Assembly (NCBI GenBank): GCA_046563655.1 | Contig: CM102288.1 | Span: forward strand, 3,286,001 to 3,350,000 | Length of the DNA: 64,000 bases | Reading direction: 5' to 3' | From: Yuukianura sp. NJ FZ-2021 | Taxonomy: Eukaryota | Shown here: in pieces, positions 1-11,493 of the stretch | Numbering within the stretch: the first letter of the stretch is position 1 | How the letters are laid out: every line of letters begins with the position of its first letter | The notes under the pieces: generated by a model | Seen by the model: the letters and a program-made list of their open reading frames with translations, nothing else | Databases searched by the model: none | What the model was told of the DNA's origin: nothing | Program-made: the position numbers and the translations under genes

Positions 1-1928
1 GGGCATATGAAGCCCCAAGCATCCGGTTGAAGTTGACGTGCTTCTGTTGTTCTCAGTTCTTGGAAAAAGGCACCACGATGAACAGATCGAAAGTGAGCCA
101 AGTAGCGAAGTCGATTCAGATTTTCAACGATAATTGTAAGGCCAGTGGTTTGCGGTAGGCCTTGACCGGTGTTCAGCGGCACGTTTCCAGTGGCTATGAA
201 AGTTTCAAAGTTTCTGTCGAATCTAGGAGTTCCGATGATAATTTTGTTCAGATCAGCTGAAAATGTCAAAATGTAACAAAATGTTGAAATTCTTTGAAAT
301 GTTTTTTTTAGAAAATCAAATCATGTAATGATGAAATTGAAAGTTCCTTACCTGGTGTAAACGTTCCAGACTGTTTCGGCAACTTCAGTTTTCGCATGAC
401 AAGGCCTTGGATGAGGTTAACCCAGCCGAACAGCTTGTCCTTGAGCAATTGGAGATACAAGTGACCTCCAAGTAAAATTTCTTGGAGCATGACATGGTCT
501 GGACTCTCCGTGGCACAGTTGCCTTGAACTCCACTGAACAACTTCTGTAAAGCGAAAATGAGAAAATGGAACTTCTCTAGCGGAGTGGGACAGTGAATAC
601 AGATTCCTCTCCTAAGAAATCAAAAATCAATTGAAGATTTTCTGAAAACTTTAAAAAAAATCAAAATTTTGAAATAGCTTACTCTATTAGAAATTCGCAA
701 ACTTGAGCATCCGAAGCCCATGTACCAATTATCCTCTGGATTCTGCCGCGAAACTTTTCTCCAATGAAGGTTTTTGCTTGCTCATGTGTATGGATCTTGT
801 CACGATGCAAATCTCGGAGCATATCGGTCACACTGCTTTTGAAAAACAGATCACCCTCGTACCCTGCCATGGCATTTGTGTATATGTACTCATCAGTGAC
901 ATTGACTGTAGCTTTCAGAAGCATCATCAGTGGAACAAAGAACAGCTCCCGTCCGACATTGAACATGATTTTGACACTTCCGTCAGTCAAGTAATGCAGA
1001 ACGTTGTTAGTCGAAGTCCGGTCTTCACTGACACAGCGCATCAGAACTCCTTTGTCAGAGAAGTTCTTGCCACGACCTTCCCAACCAGAACGCTTGAGAA
1101 AAATTGGATAGTTGGCTCTTGTCATCAGCAACATTCGGATTAGTTTTTCGTGTCCTTTGGCAATAAAGTAGCCGCCGAATTCTGTGTCATGTTCACCACG
1201 AGCTACCAATTGGGCTGGAGATAAATTGTTGAGATTACACAGTCTTGACTGAAAGAAATTGAAAAATTCTAGCCGTTACTCAAATTACAACAGATTTTAG
1301 ATTAGTTGACTTACTCGCAGCATAACTGGTAAAGGCCCGAGGGATTTTTCGACTGACGGTTGTCGAATTCCGTTGATCCACCAGCTCAACGTGGCTACAA
1401 AATTTCCCTTGTAGGTCGTGTACCGTTGTCGACATTCCGTTGGATAAACTTTGAAATCCTTAGCACCAACAGTACCAGTTGGAACAGTGGGTGCAGACAG
1501 CACAGCTTCCTGCAATCAACACAAAATTCAACCATAACCTTGTCATTTCTTTGTAATTGTTTCCCGTGAAATACCGTGACACGAAGAGTAATTTTTTCTC
1601 CCGTTGGCAGTTCGAAATTCAGTGATGGGATGTCTTTAATGGCTTTCTGAAGGCCTTCAGTGACAGCCCAGTCGAAGGACTTGATATGTGGTGATCCAAA
1701 ATCTTCTAGAGCCTAAAATTAACATACAGGAAATGCCAAATTCCTTAACGTTTGAAAAATAAGTACTAGTCAACATTATAAGTGTCCAGAAATCTTAAAT
1801 CCCGAGTTTACCGGAATCGGTTGTTTGGGAATTGCTGCAAAATCTTTGGCTAAATTTGTGAGTCTTGGGTGTTCCGGTATTCCTTCCCAGAGTCCCCCTC
1901 CCTCTTTCTTTTTTCGCTTGGCACTCAT
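1..1928 (-). CDS. POLR1B: DNA-directed RNA polymerase I subunit RPA2 (5' part; continues beyond window start)
   Basis: Spliced minus-strand exons from ATG 1928 (MSAKRKKKEGGGLWEGIPEHPRLTNL...ALEDFGSPHIKSFDWAV); motifs YPTECRQRYTTYKG, GGYFIAKGHEKLIRMLLM, ESPDHVMLQEILLGGHLY typical of RPA2; GT-AG introns. Confidence 0.95.
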
Positions 1929-2326
1929 GTTACAGGGTTTAGAAAAACGTATTCGGTTAATTCAATAATTGATCAATTAACTTTCAATTAATTTTTACCA
2001 ATTCTCATGTGAAATGAAAAAGAAGCACGTGTTGTGTTTACTTTTTACTTTTTTTCAGTTTACAGCTTTCAATTTTTTGAAATGTCCTTTTGCCGCCAAA
2101 AAAATGAGGCAATAAACAATTTTTTTTTGCAAAGACAAAGACGCGGGAAAATAATTTTAAAAATTTTGCAAATTCAAAAATTCTGAATTGAAATTTCAAT
2201 TTTGAAGTTTTTAGGAAGATCGAACTTTGACTTTTTGGCCGCTCCTCTTTGATTTGGAATTAATTAGACCAGTTAATTGTTCGTTGTTGATCTTGTTAGT
2301 TTTCTCAATTACTAATCAGCAAAGTA
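1929..2326. promoter_or_regulatory. Probable bidirectional promoter POLR1B/MICOS10
   Basis: Head-to-head ATGs ~400 bp apart; contains CACGTG and GCGGGAAA motifs; function inferred. Confidence 0.55.
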
Positions 2327-2734
2327 ATGGCTTCCACTCCCTCTAAATCTGAAGATTGCGTACCTGATGCCCTGGACAAGTGCATCGCGGATGGAGTCAT
2401 CAAAACCGGTAACGTAGCTCTTACATTCTACAATCTACAATTACCACGCAATTAACTTTGAAATGTAATTCTTCATTTCTGATTTAACTAACTTTTAGGC
2501 GCCGGCCTTCTCTTGGGAACTGCCTTGTCGCTCATCCTCTTCAAACGTAAGCACCTTACTGAGATCCGAAAACCCGCAACGAAACAGTGACCGACGTGAT
2601 TCATGAATTTGTTTACGTTTTTGACGTTTTTAGGTCGAAAATGGCCCTTATTTGTTGGCATTGGTGGTGGACTGGGAATGGCCGTAGCAAATTGTCAAAA
2701 TAGCCTCAAAGAGCAGACGAATAACCAGAAATAA
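2327..2734 (+). CDS. MICOS10: MICOS complex subunit Mic10
   Basis: Exons 2327-2408, 2499-2546, 2634-2734 give MASTPSKSEDCVPDALDKCIADGVIKTGAGLLLGTALSLILFKRRKWPLFVGIGGGLGMAVANCQNSL..., with the Mic10 D-C-AD, FKRR-WP and GxGxGxG motifs. Confidence 0.92.
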
Positions 2735-3000
2735 CCATTCTTCGGTCCAGGTGCTTCGTAAATTCTACAAAAACCACCACTTCACGCTGTAAACCTGTTG
2801 GTTGTTCTTTAGTCAAAATTCCTTCACAATTAATCAAGTATTTCCGCAAAATGAGTAGCAGAGGAAGAAGGACGGGTTAAATAAAAGCCAGTGCCCGAAA
2901 CCCCTATGACCAGCCTGACCGGTGACCCCCCCAGTGGAAGGGGTCAAATTTGACCCCCAGAATTTGGGGAAAATGGGCGCCGTAAAATTTGACAAAAATT

Positions 3001-3300
3001 AGGGTCAGAAGCGACTTTCGAAAGTCGAAATCCAAAATTTCTCTGCGCCTGACGGCGCAGTATCATTTTCATACCATTCTAGCTTCAGTTTCCGGGGTCA
3101 GAAGCGACTTTTCGGATGTCGAAATCCAAAATTTTTCTGCGCCTGACGGCGCAGTATCATTTTTATACCATTTTAGCTGCAATTCCCGGGGTCGGAAGCG
3201 ACTTTCGGATGTCGAAACCCAAAATTTCTCTGCGCCTCACGGCGCAGTATCATTTTTATACCATTCTAGCTTCAGTTTCCGGGGTCAGAAGCGACTTTTC
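3001..3300. repeat. Tandem repeat, ~93-bp unit x~3
   Basis: GGGTCAGAAGCGACTTT...CTGCGCCTGACGGCGCAGTATCATTTT recurs near 3001, 3094, 3187, 3281. Confidence 0.9.
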
Positions 3301-3338
3301 GGAACTTCTTTGCGTTTTTCTTTTGGTTTGGTTTTGAT

Positions 3339-3655
3339 TTGGTTCTTTCTATCCGTTTTCGAGCCAATTTACGCGTGCAAAATCGAAAAAGCTTCGCGCC
3401 TAGCGGCGCGATTTGGTTCTTTCGAGCTGTTTTTGAGCCAATTTGCGGGTGCAAAATCGAAAAAGCTTCGCGCCTAGCGGCGCGATTTGGTTCTTTCGAG
3501 CTGTTTTTGAGCCAATTTGCGGGTGCAAAATCGAAAAAGCTTCGCGCCTAGCGGCGCGATTTGGTTTTTCTAGCTGTTTTCGAGCCGTTTTGCCGAGCCA
3601 AAAATGATTTCGCAGTTGCAAAATTGAAAAAATGTTCGCGCCTGACGTCGCGAGC
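3339..3655. repeat. Tandem repeat, 74-bp unit x~4
   Basis: TTGGTTCTTTCGAGCTG...AAAGCTTCGCGCCTAGCGGCGCGA recurs near 3339, 3413, 3487, 3561. Confidence 0.9.
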
Positions 3656-3964
3656 TACTTTTAGCTTGATTTTGCGTCAAATTTGACATAAATTACACAT
3701 GAGAACAGTAAAATTTCGCAACTCAATGTAGTGGGAAAAAAAGTAGCAAAAAAAAACTTTAAAAAAAGATAATTTTTTCGTCAAATTTTGACCCCTCCAT
3801 TTTTTAAAATTTTCGGAAATTTTGACCCCCCGTCCGCATAGGGAGGTTTCGGGCTCTGATAAAAGCTCAAGCTAGCCAGAGTTTATTAAACTTTGGGAGG
3901 TACAGTGAAAATTAATTTAATTTTAACATTATTGGGTAGCACTAATCATAAATCGTTGAGTTTT

Positions 3965-6178
3965 CTAGAAATCAAGAACGTACGATGCTTCTGTAGTTTT
4001 AGAATTCAACTTTCTTCCACTTCGCTTGTTCTGCGAATTGGAACTTATACCTTGATAGGCACTATGAGCTCTGCGTCCACCGTACGTTCCCTGGCCATCT
4101 CCATATCGTCGCAGACAGTTGTTACTTTTGGTTCGGAAACAGTCGTCACTGTCTCTCGAATAGCCTGGTCGGCCTCTGTCATTTTGGTTGTTCTCTTCAG
4201 GTCTGTTCCAGCGGTTATCCAAATCTTGAAAATCTTGACCCCTCCCAGGGTCGTTTTCATAATTTTGTTTAGTTCGAGTCGGAATGTCATTGTTCCTGAG
4301 TGGTCTGTTCCTTGGATACTGCTCAATTTCTGGAGTATAAACTCCAGGATTGGGACCAGGCGGAAGGTCTTCATAACCGTCCGGTGGAGGTGCCAATGGC
4401 GGAGTATTTGGCAGCGACGGAGGCAGGTAGTTTCCGCCACCGGGATACCCAAACAGTATTTCCTGGATAGATTTAGGATGATTTGGATTGAACGGATCCA
4501 GCGGCCCTATGGCAATTCCATTACCGTCGTATACCTTCCCTGGAGGCTCGTTCTGGAACAGTTCGTCTTCTTTTCTATGTGTTAATTGAGGTTGCTGTGG
4601 AACAGGAGCAGGCGGCATGTACATAAGTGCTGGGTAAGGCTGCTGTTGGGGATACCCGCCGAAACCTGCTCCAGCGAAAAAATTGGGCTGGATTTGTCCG
4701 TTCTGATTCGGCAGGAAATTTGAATTTGGCGCCGAGAAGCCAAAGTTCGGCAGAACCGGTCCGATTCCAAATGGAACTCCGCCTCCATTTGTAAAACCAT
4801 TTCCTATTGGTCCTCCAGGAAATCCGATATTACCAGCCTGTTGAAATTGCAAACCGTTTCCTATTGGTCCGCCGTTTGTAAAACCGTTTTCGATTGGTCC
4901 ACCAGGAAACCCGCCAATTCCAGCTGGTATACCGTTTTGATCTTGTTGAAACTGTAAACCGTAGCCAATACCGTTTCCTTGTACCGGTTCATACCTTGGT
5001 CTTCTGGAACTGTATTGAGAGGCTGCACCAATTCCAAATTCCAGCGACGGTTGAAACGGTACATCATCAAAGCCAGAGGACCTTGACATGATCAACGGGT
5101 TCAGGTCAATCGGGGAAGGTCGTATGATAGGATCAGCTTGGAACGGTTCGAAAATCGGCGGTGTTGGGACATTATGCGGAACAGGGTAGACGAGATACTC
5201 CAAATTGTTTCCAGAGAATCCAACTGACCAGTACGCAAGTAACGTATCACCATGATGGATTAAGTGACAGTCACAAGCTGTTGACGGAACTTGATTGGAT
5301 TCGGAGACACTCGGATCAACAAACTCCGACATTCTTAGCTCAATTCCTTGTTCGGTATTGACCATCACTCCGGAAATCCGTTCATTCGGATGAGAAATTA
5401 CACCGAGTGAAGTCAACAGAGTTTCGTCGGCTGGAATTTCTCGACGAGTGGACGCAGCGATTGCTTGCAGCGGTGCTTCGTAAATCTTTTCCCAAAGGAC
5501 TTTTGCTTTGCCACTTTTGTTTTTGGCGCCTTCGGCAACTTGGTTTTTAAAACTCTGAAACAGAACTCTGCGTAGTGTCGTTCTCCAGTCCGACGGCATT
5601 TGACGAATCGCTTCATTTTCAGAAGTTTTTAGATCATTTTCTGGTTCCCGCTCTTTCGAATCGACGTCTGGCGCTTCAGAATCAGCGTCGGTGGCTTCAT
5701 TATCAGTGCCGTCTGACCTCAATGCCAAATCAGTGTCGACATCAGCTTCTCCTTCAGCGGCCGAACTATAGTTTGCTGTTCTTTTCAATTTGCCGTTGAT
5801 ACTTTCTGTTTTGACGTCCATCGGAAACAGAAAACTTTGAATTTTAGCGCCTGCTGCTTGTTTCACGTCGTCACTGCTCCCTGCCTCGTCAATCGCTTCT
5901 AGACTTTTGCCTTCCCGCTTTTGACCTTTGACCTCTAAAACATCCTTAGTTTCAGAAGGTAGTGGCAGCAGAGACATGTCCGGGTAGCAGCATGGCGGAA
6001 GTCCAAATTGGCCTAAGTTAGCTGCTTGAACAAAATCACTTATGCGCAGAATCACCAGTCCGGAGAACCAAACCTGTTGAAAAAAATGGAAATCGCAAGT
6101 TCAGACCACTTTCTTCAATGAAAATCACAACTAATTTTTATTTTAACTTACCAAATGTGCGAAAAGTGAAATTCGCAT
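3965..6178 (-). CDS. Uncharacterised, probably secreted Gly/Pro/Asn/Gln-rich protein (~711 aa)
   Basis: Exon 6178-6152 (MRISLFAHL, GTAAGT donor) spliced to 6073-3965 (VWFSGLVILRISDFVQA...) forms a signal-peptide-like N-terminus; 2.1-kb open exon; GFPGGPI(E/G)NGFTNGG repeats. Confidence 0.75.
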
Positions 6179-7107
6179 CTTTGCAAAAATGGTAACTGTT
6201 CCTGTGCAGATCCGAAACTGAGACTGTGAATATCGAATTGAAATGAATGGAATTTGCGAATATTTTTAGGAATTGAAATTGGAGTGGGGCAGCTTGGGCG
6301 TGGCCCTTCAACGGTTTCCTTCTTGAGCTTGTCATCAATCACTTCTTAACGTCTCTATTGTTTTTTCAGTTGAAAACCTAAGGAAAAAAGGATATCAAAA
6401 TTAGAGTAATTTGCAAAAAGTTTTTGCATAATTCTTAAGTTTTTGGCTTACTCTTCCTTTGTAATGGGGAAGCGGATGAATTCAGTCGTCCGAATCTTAA
6501 AGAACACGCACAAATTACAAATACAAAAACTTCATGAAAGTGAAAACGAAAACAAAGTTGAGTTTGATCATTTGTCATTTCATTTCGAAACACAATAATT
6601 TGTAACTTTGCTAATTTTGGGTTTTGAAAAAAGAATGAAATAACAAAAACTCTTAAATTTCATTTTTTAGCAAATTGTTCCTCAAAGGATACAAAAAAGT
6701 GAAAGTTTTCAAATTGGTCATTCAAGAATATGGAAAACGGCGAAATTTTTTGTTAAAAACCCATTAAATCACCCTCTTTTCAAAATGATTTTCAAAGAAA
6801 TCAAGATTATTACAAGGAAAATTTTGAAAATGACCTTAATTCCATATTTTTTTCAGAATGAATTTGTCATGTCGGGAGTGTAAAGCTCAAAGCCTTCCCT
6901 TTTCCGGTCAATTTTGTTAGTCCTCCGTCAATTTAATTTCAAAAATAATTCACAGTATTTTGGGTAAAAGAGTTAAGAAGTCAGGCACTTTCTTTTTTAC
7001 ATCTGTAAAAGGACGTTGACATTGAAAAGTAGTCGAATTGTTCTGAAAACTGAGAGTTAAGCTGCTCGTGTGCTAAATTACGCATTGTTTCTAGAAGTTG
7101 GTCGTTT

Positions 7108-8595
7108 TCAGGCCTTGTGCTTAGCAATAATCTGAAGAACATCTTGGACGTCTTCCTTTGAACCAAGGAAGATTGGAGCTCTCTCGTGGATTTTGGCAGG
7201 GACAACGTCCAGAATGGGAATGGAGCCGTTTGAAGCAAGGCCACCAGCCTGTTCCATTATGAAGCTCATTGGGTTGCACTCGTACAGGAGACGGAGCTGT
7301 GTAATTAGAAAGAAGAATTAGAAATTAAGTTAAAATTATTCCGAAATTAATTCAAATCTTGGCAGTTGTCACGCACTTTTCCGCTGGGTGAATCCTTAGT
7401 TGCGGGGTAGATGAATATTCCACCATACTTGAGTGTGCGGTGAACATCTAACAATTTAAAAAGTTCACTGTAGAATTTACAAATACTTTTCAAATGTTGA
7501 CGGTTTTCGAAAACTGCCAACCTGCAACCATTGAACCAACGTAACGAGCACCATAAGCTTTTCCAGTCTTTGGGAACTTCTTGGATTCTATATATTCGAC
7601 AATCGCTGGATCCCAGACAGCGGCGTAGCCTTCGTTGATGCTGTAGATTTTTCCGCGAGATGGAACTTGCATATTGGCGTCGGTCAAAATAAATTCTCCG
7701 ATGGCCTAGAACAAAAATAACAAGCTAGATTCGTCCTTCGTCCAGTAAATCATGTCATTGCGATTAATCGTGAAAGTCATACCGGATCAAGCATGAATCC
7801 ATTAACTCCACTACCGGTGGACAAGACAAGTGCAGTAGCTGAACCATATAGAGCATATCCAGCGGCCACCAATTGACGTCCTGGTTGAAGCGCATCTTTG
7901 ACTGTAGGAGCTCCATCGGATATTTTCCTACAAGTCAACCATAAGTTGACATTCAATTTACAATTGATATGGAGTGGCTTACTTGTAGATTCCAAAGATA
8001 GATCCGATAGAAACGAGACAATCGATGTTTGAAGAACCGTCTAGTGGATCAAAGCAAACGATGTACTTCCCTTGCCTCTCGACTTCAACCTACAATAATA
8101 AATTCCAGAATAATGAATGACCTTGAGTAATCTAGCGTCGTAGTAATGACATTGACTAGTTACGATTGAGTTAATCTCATTCGGGCATTGCTACACGAAC
8201 CTCAATGACGTCTTGATTCTCTTCAGATACCAAAAGGCAAGTGGTGAACGATGACCTCATCAAATTAATGAACAAATCGTTGGCCAGTACATCAAGCTTC
8301 TTGACCTCTTCGCCCTGGACGTTAGTCTCCCCTGCTATCCCATACCTTTATAAAAAAAATCTATAACAGCCCCATATCCACAGTTAATTAGATCTTATTT
8401 GCAAAATATTCACAATTTAGCAAGTCCTGCTTTGCGGACAGCTGACGAAATGGCCTTGACTGCTGCTTGAATTGAGGCCAGCAGAACAGTCAAATCTCCC
8501 TTGGCATCCGGCGCACGCTTCCTCTGCTCAGCTAAGACGAACCGGGTCAAGGTCATACAGTTGACATCGATTGCCTGTCCTCCACTGCTCGTCAT
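7108..8595 (-). CDS. FBP1: Fructose-1,6-bisphosphatase class 1
   Basis: Multi-exon; [84 protein letters not shown]; stop TGA at 7108-7110. Confidence 0.97.
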
Positions 8596-9162
8596 TCTAA
8601 AATCAAACCGGTTTTGTCAACTGCTCGATTGTCTGAAAAAGGATACCGGAACATGTGACAACTCACCTGATGTATGTATTGATTGACGAACACTAAAGAC
8701 AATGACTGAATTGACAGTTAGTAGGATGACCTTTGACCTTGCAAGATTCACGACACGACACACCCCTCTATCTAGCCGACCAACCTTGTGCAACCGCCAA
8801 ACACAGAGTAAAAAGTTTACACTTTACAATTGGATCTTCTCTAGCCTCGTGTCCGTGTCTTCTCTAGGCTTGTCAAGCCATAGATATCTCATTTGCAGGA
8901 GATAAAAAGCAAAGTCTTTTTAAGTTTAAGGTCAAGCAGAGGTCACTCACTCTTCTGGAATGACGAGGGATTTTCAGAAGATTAACTTTGACATCTGCCG
9001 TCATGGTCATGCTAATTATAATCTTACTTTTAAAAAAACTAATTACAGTAACTGAGAATACTCAGGAAGTTCATCTGAAGCATCCATCATCATCAGTATG
9101 AAATGAAATGTTAATTTAATCGTGCCTTACAGTAATAAACTAACGAATTTTGATTTTTGAAA

Positions 9163-11068
9163 TCAAACCTCCTTAGCTGCTTTTTTGATTGGAGGAGGTT
9201 GAGGCGGAGTTGTCGCACCGGTATCGGATTGTTTCGGTTTCACAGGATTCGAATCTTGAGCAGAATTTTCCTTCGCACTTTTTGAAGCTGCTTTACCGGT
9301 ATTTGGTCCTTCTATAGAAAACATTGGTGCTGGAGCGGCAATTTGTGCCTTGGAAGTTAGTTGGTTGGGGTCTTGACCTTTGACCTTTACAGTAATTAAG
9401 GCTTGTCTCACTCGTTCCTGTTCCGTTTCTTGGGCGGATCGTTTCATTGGAAACGGAAGCTCCAAATCACTTAGGTTGGGTGTCTGGTGATGGTGTTCAG
9501 CTGAATCATGGTGTGATGACTGATTAGACTCTGCGACGACACTGCTGCTGCTTCCGGATCCAGAAATGATAACAGGCGGAGTTGGAGTTGATTCCGTAGT
9601 TTTTGAACTGGTCTTGGATTCAGCGATTTTCGGTGTTTTGACCTCCTGCTTTGGAATTTCTTGAGGCAGGACAGGAGTGCTCACAATGGTAGGTCCTGCC
9701 AAGGGCGCTTTGGCTTCTCGACTGCCGCTGATTTTCTTGCCAACTTTCTCTAGGCCGTAGCGAATGGCCTTGAAGGGACCGGCAGTAAGAATCCCTTGAG
9801 CTGTTTGACGAATGCTGGATTTCCAAACAATGTTTCCAAGGGCTCTCCGCACAAGTCCTCCAAGGCCAGGCAAAGATGAAATCTCAACCAAGACTTCTTC
9901 AACGTCATGCAGAGCCGGGTCCCTTCCAGACTCTCGACAAATACATCGCTAAAATTACCGAAATCTACTCAATTTGAATTACAAGCAAATCATATGAAGG
10001 AATAAAACCCAACCTGTAGGTGGAAAGGGAGATGAAGAAGGTGGTTCAGTCGCGCTTTAGAACTTGTATCTTGCACAAAGGTGTCTAATGTGTGTCCTCC
10101 CTTGAACTAGAATCAAAATGTCAAAAGTTTAACAAAAATGTTCACTTTTGTTAAAATTAAATAATTACCTCGATCAAAGGATTCAGTTCTTGGATAAGTG
10201 GTTGATATATTTCGTCAAAATGTGGTACATTCCCGGCCAGAATGTTCTTTACTTTATTCGGATTCTCTCCAAAACGCATTCGAGAGTCACCTGAATCAAA
10301 AATTCATTGGTAAAACGTTGACTAACTGATTGACAAAACTGAAGAAAACTTACCAAAATATGACAATTCTGTTATCCCATGATAGAGATCCCACTTTTTA
10401 CACTGTGTTGGAAGTTGAAGCAAGACGGTTCGAAGGGCTGAAAGACGATTTTGCTTGAGACATTTGACAATATGGGAGTTTGTTGGTGGACTCAGTTCAA
10501 GGACTGGTTTATGGAGTCGACCAGAGATATAAGCGTGAGTCCAATTTTTCAAATCATCCAGCAGGGTATGGGTTGAAATCACACCGTATTTGATCATCTA
10601 CCAAAAATCCGAATTGGAATTAGAACATTTCAATTGTTCTATGTATTTTCGCACCAAATAATTGTAAATAGTCTCACGCGATCTTCCACTTTGACTAGAG
10701 TATTATAGTAAACACCAGCGGCCCACGTTTCCTGGATTTTGACAATCCTAGCTGTGCCCAAGTACTTGAGAAAAGAGTAATGCTTAGGATTTCGACCGAT
10801 GTTTTCTGAGTGCCATTTTGCGGGATTGTCCACAACAAAAATGAGGTCAATCATCTAAAAACCAAAGTCATTAAATACAAATAGTGAATTGGGATATCGA
10901 TTTAGCCAAGAAATAGTACGTCCAGAACATTGGAGATAGGAGTAAAAATGGTTACCTTACTTTTCCTAACGGCTGATTCTTCTGACGGAACACTGCTGAT
11001 CCGTATGCAAACGAGTATGCGTTGGGCGGAAAGTGTCGTAGCAATGACTGGATACCCTCAACCGCCAT
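9163..11068 (-). CDS. TAMM41: Mitochondrial phosphatidate cytidylyltransferase Tam41 with long C-terminal extension
   Basis: ATG 11068; FAYGSAVFRQ, MIDLIFVVDNP.KWH.EN...NPKHYSFL, GVYYNTLV, IKYGVIST, YISGRLHKPV, GDSRMRFGENPNKVKNI, SSIRQTAQGILTAG motifs across GT-AG exons. Confidence 0.95.
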
Positions 11069-11493
11069 CTTTAGCGTTAGCTTAGAGCTTTGAGACGTAC
11101 AGGAACAGGAAGTAGGAATCTTCAAAACTTCAACCCGAAAGTGCGAATTCCCCGAAAAGTGAACCTGTTGAGTTGAGTCGCTAAATAAAATTCTAACAAT
11201 TCTACCATTTACTAAATAAGTTTAACTTACAGAATTATTTTCACCTTGACCTCGTGACCTTTACAGTGCAAACTCTGTCGCTTTTCATTTTTTTAGTGCT
11301 TGACCCCTTGACTTTTCAAATCCAAATAACAAATGAATGGAAATTTAACCTTTTTGACAACACGAAAGTAATTTCCCGCGCTCCCGGTTTGAAAAGGTGT
11401 CTCATTGAGCAATTCTGTCTAAACGCGGTTTTAAAACTAGAATTTGAACAGAGCGTTTTCTGAACAAGGACATTGACCTCTGTTTTCAAATCT

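Larger units (their letters stand above)
2889..3858. mobile_element. Non-autonomous hAT-like MITE (970 bp) with internal tandem repeats
   Basis: TIRs CAGTGCCCGAAACCCCTATG / CATAGGGAGGTTTCGGGCTCTG; perfect 8-bp TSD ATAAAAGC (2881-2888, 3859-3866); no transposase. Confidence 0.9.

Noticed and set aside
2989..3621. Repetitive ORFs (162, 73, 70 aa)
   Set aside because: Products of tandem repeats inside the MITE; no transposase motifs
3893..4585. 230-aa plus-strand ORF
   Set aside because: Antisense shadow of the long minus-strand exon
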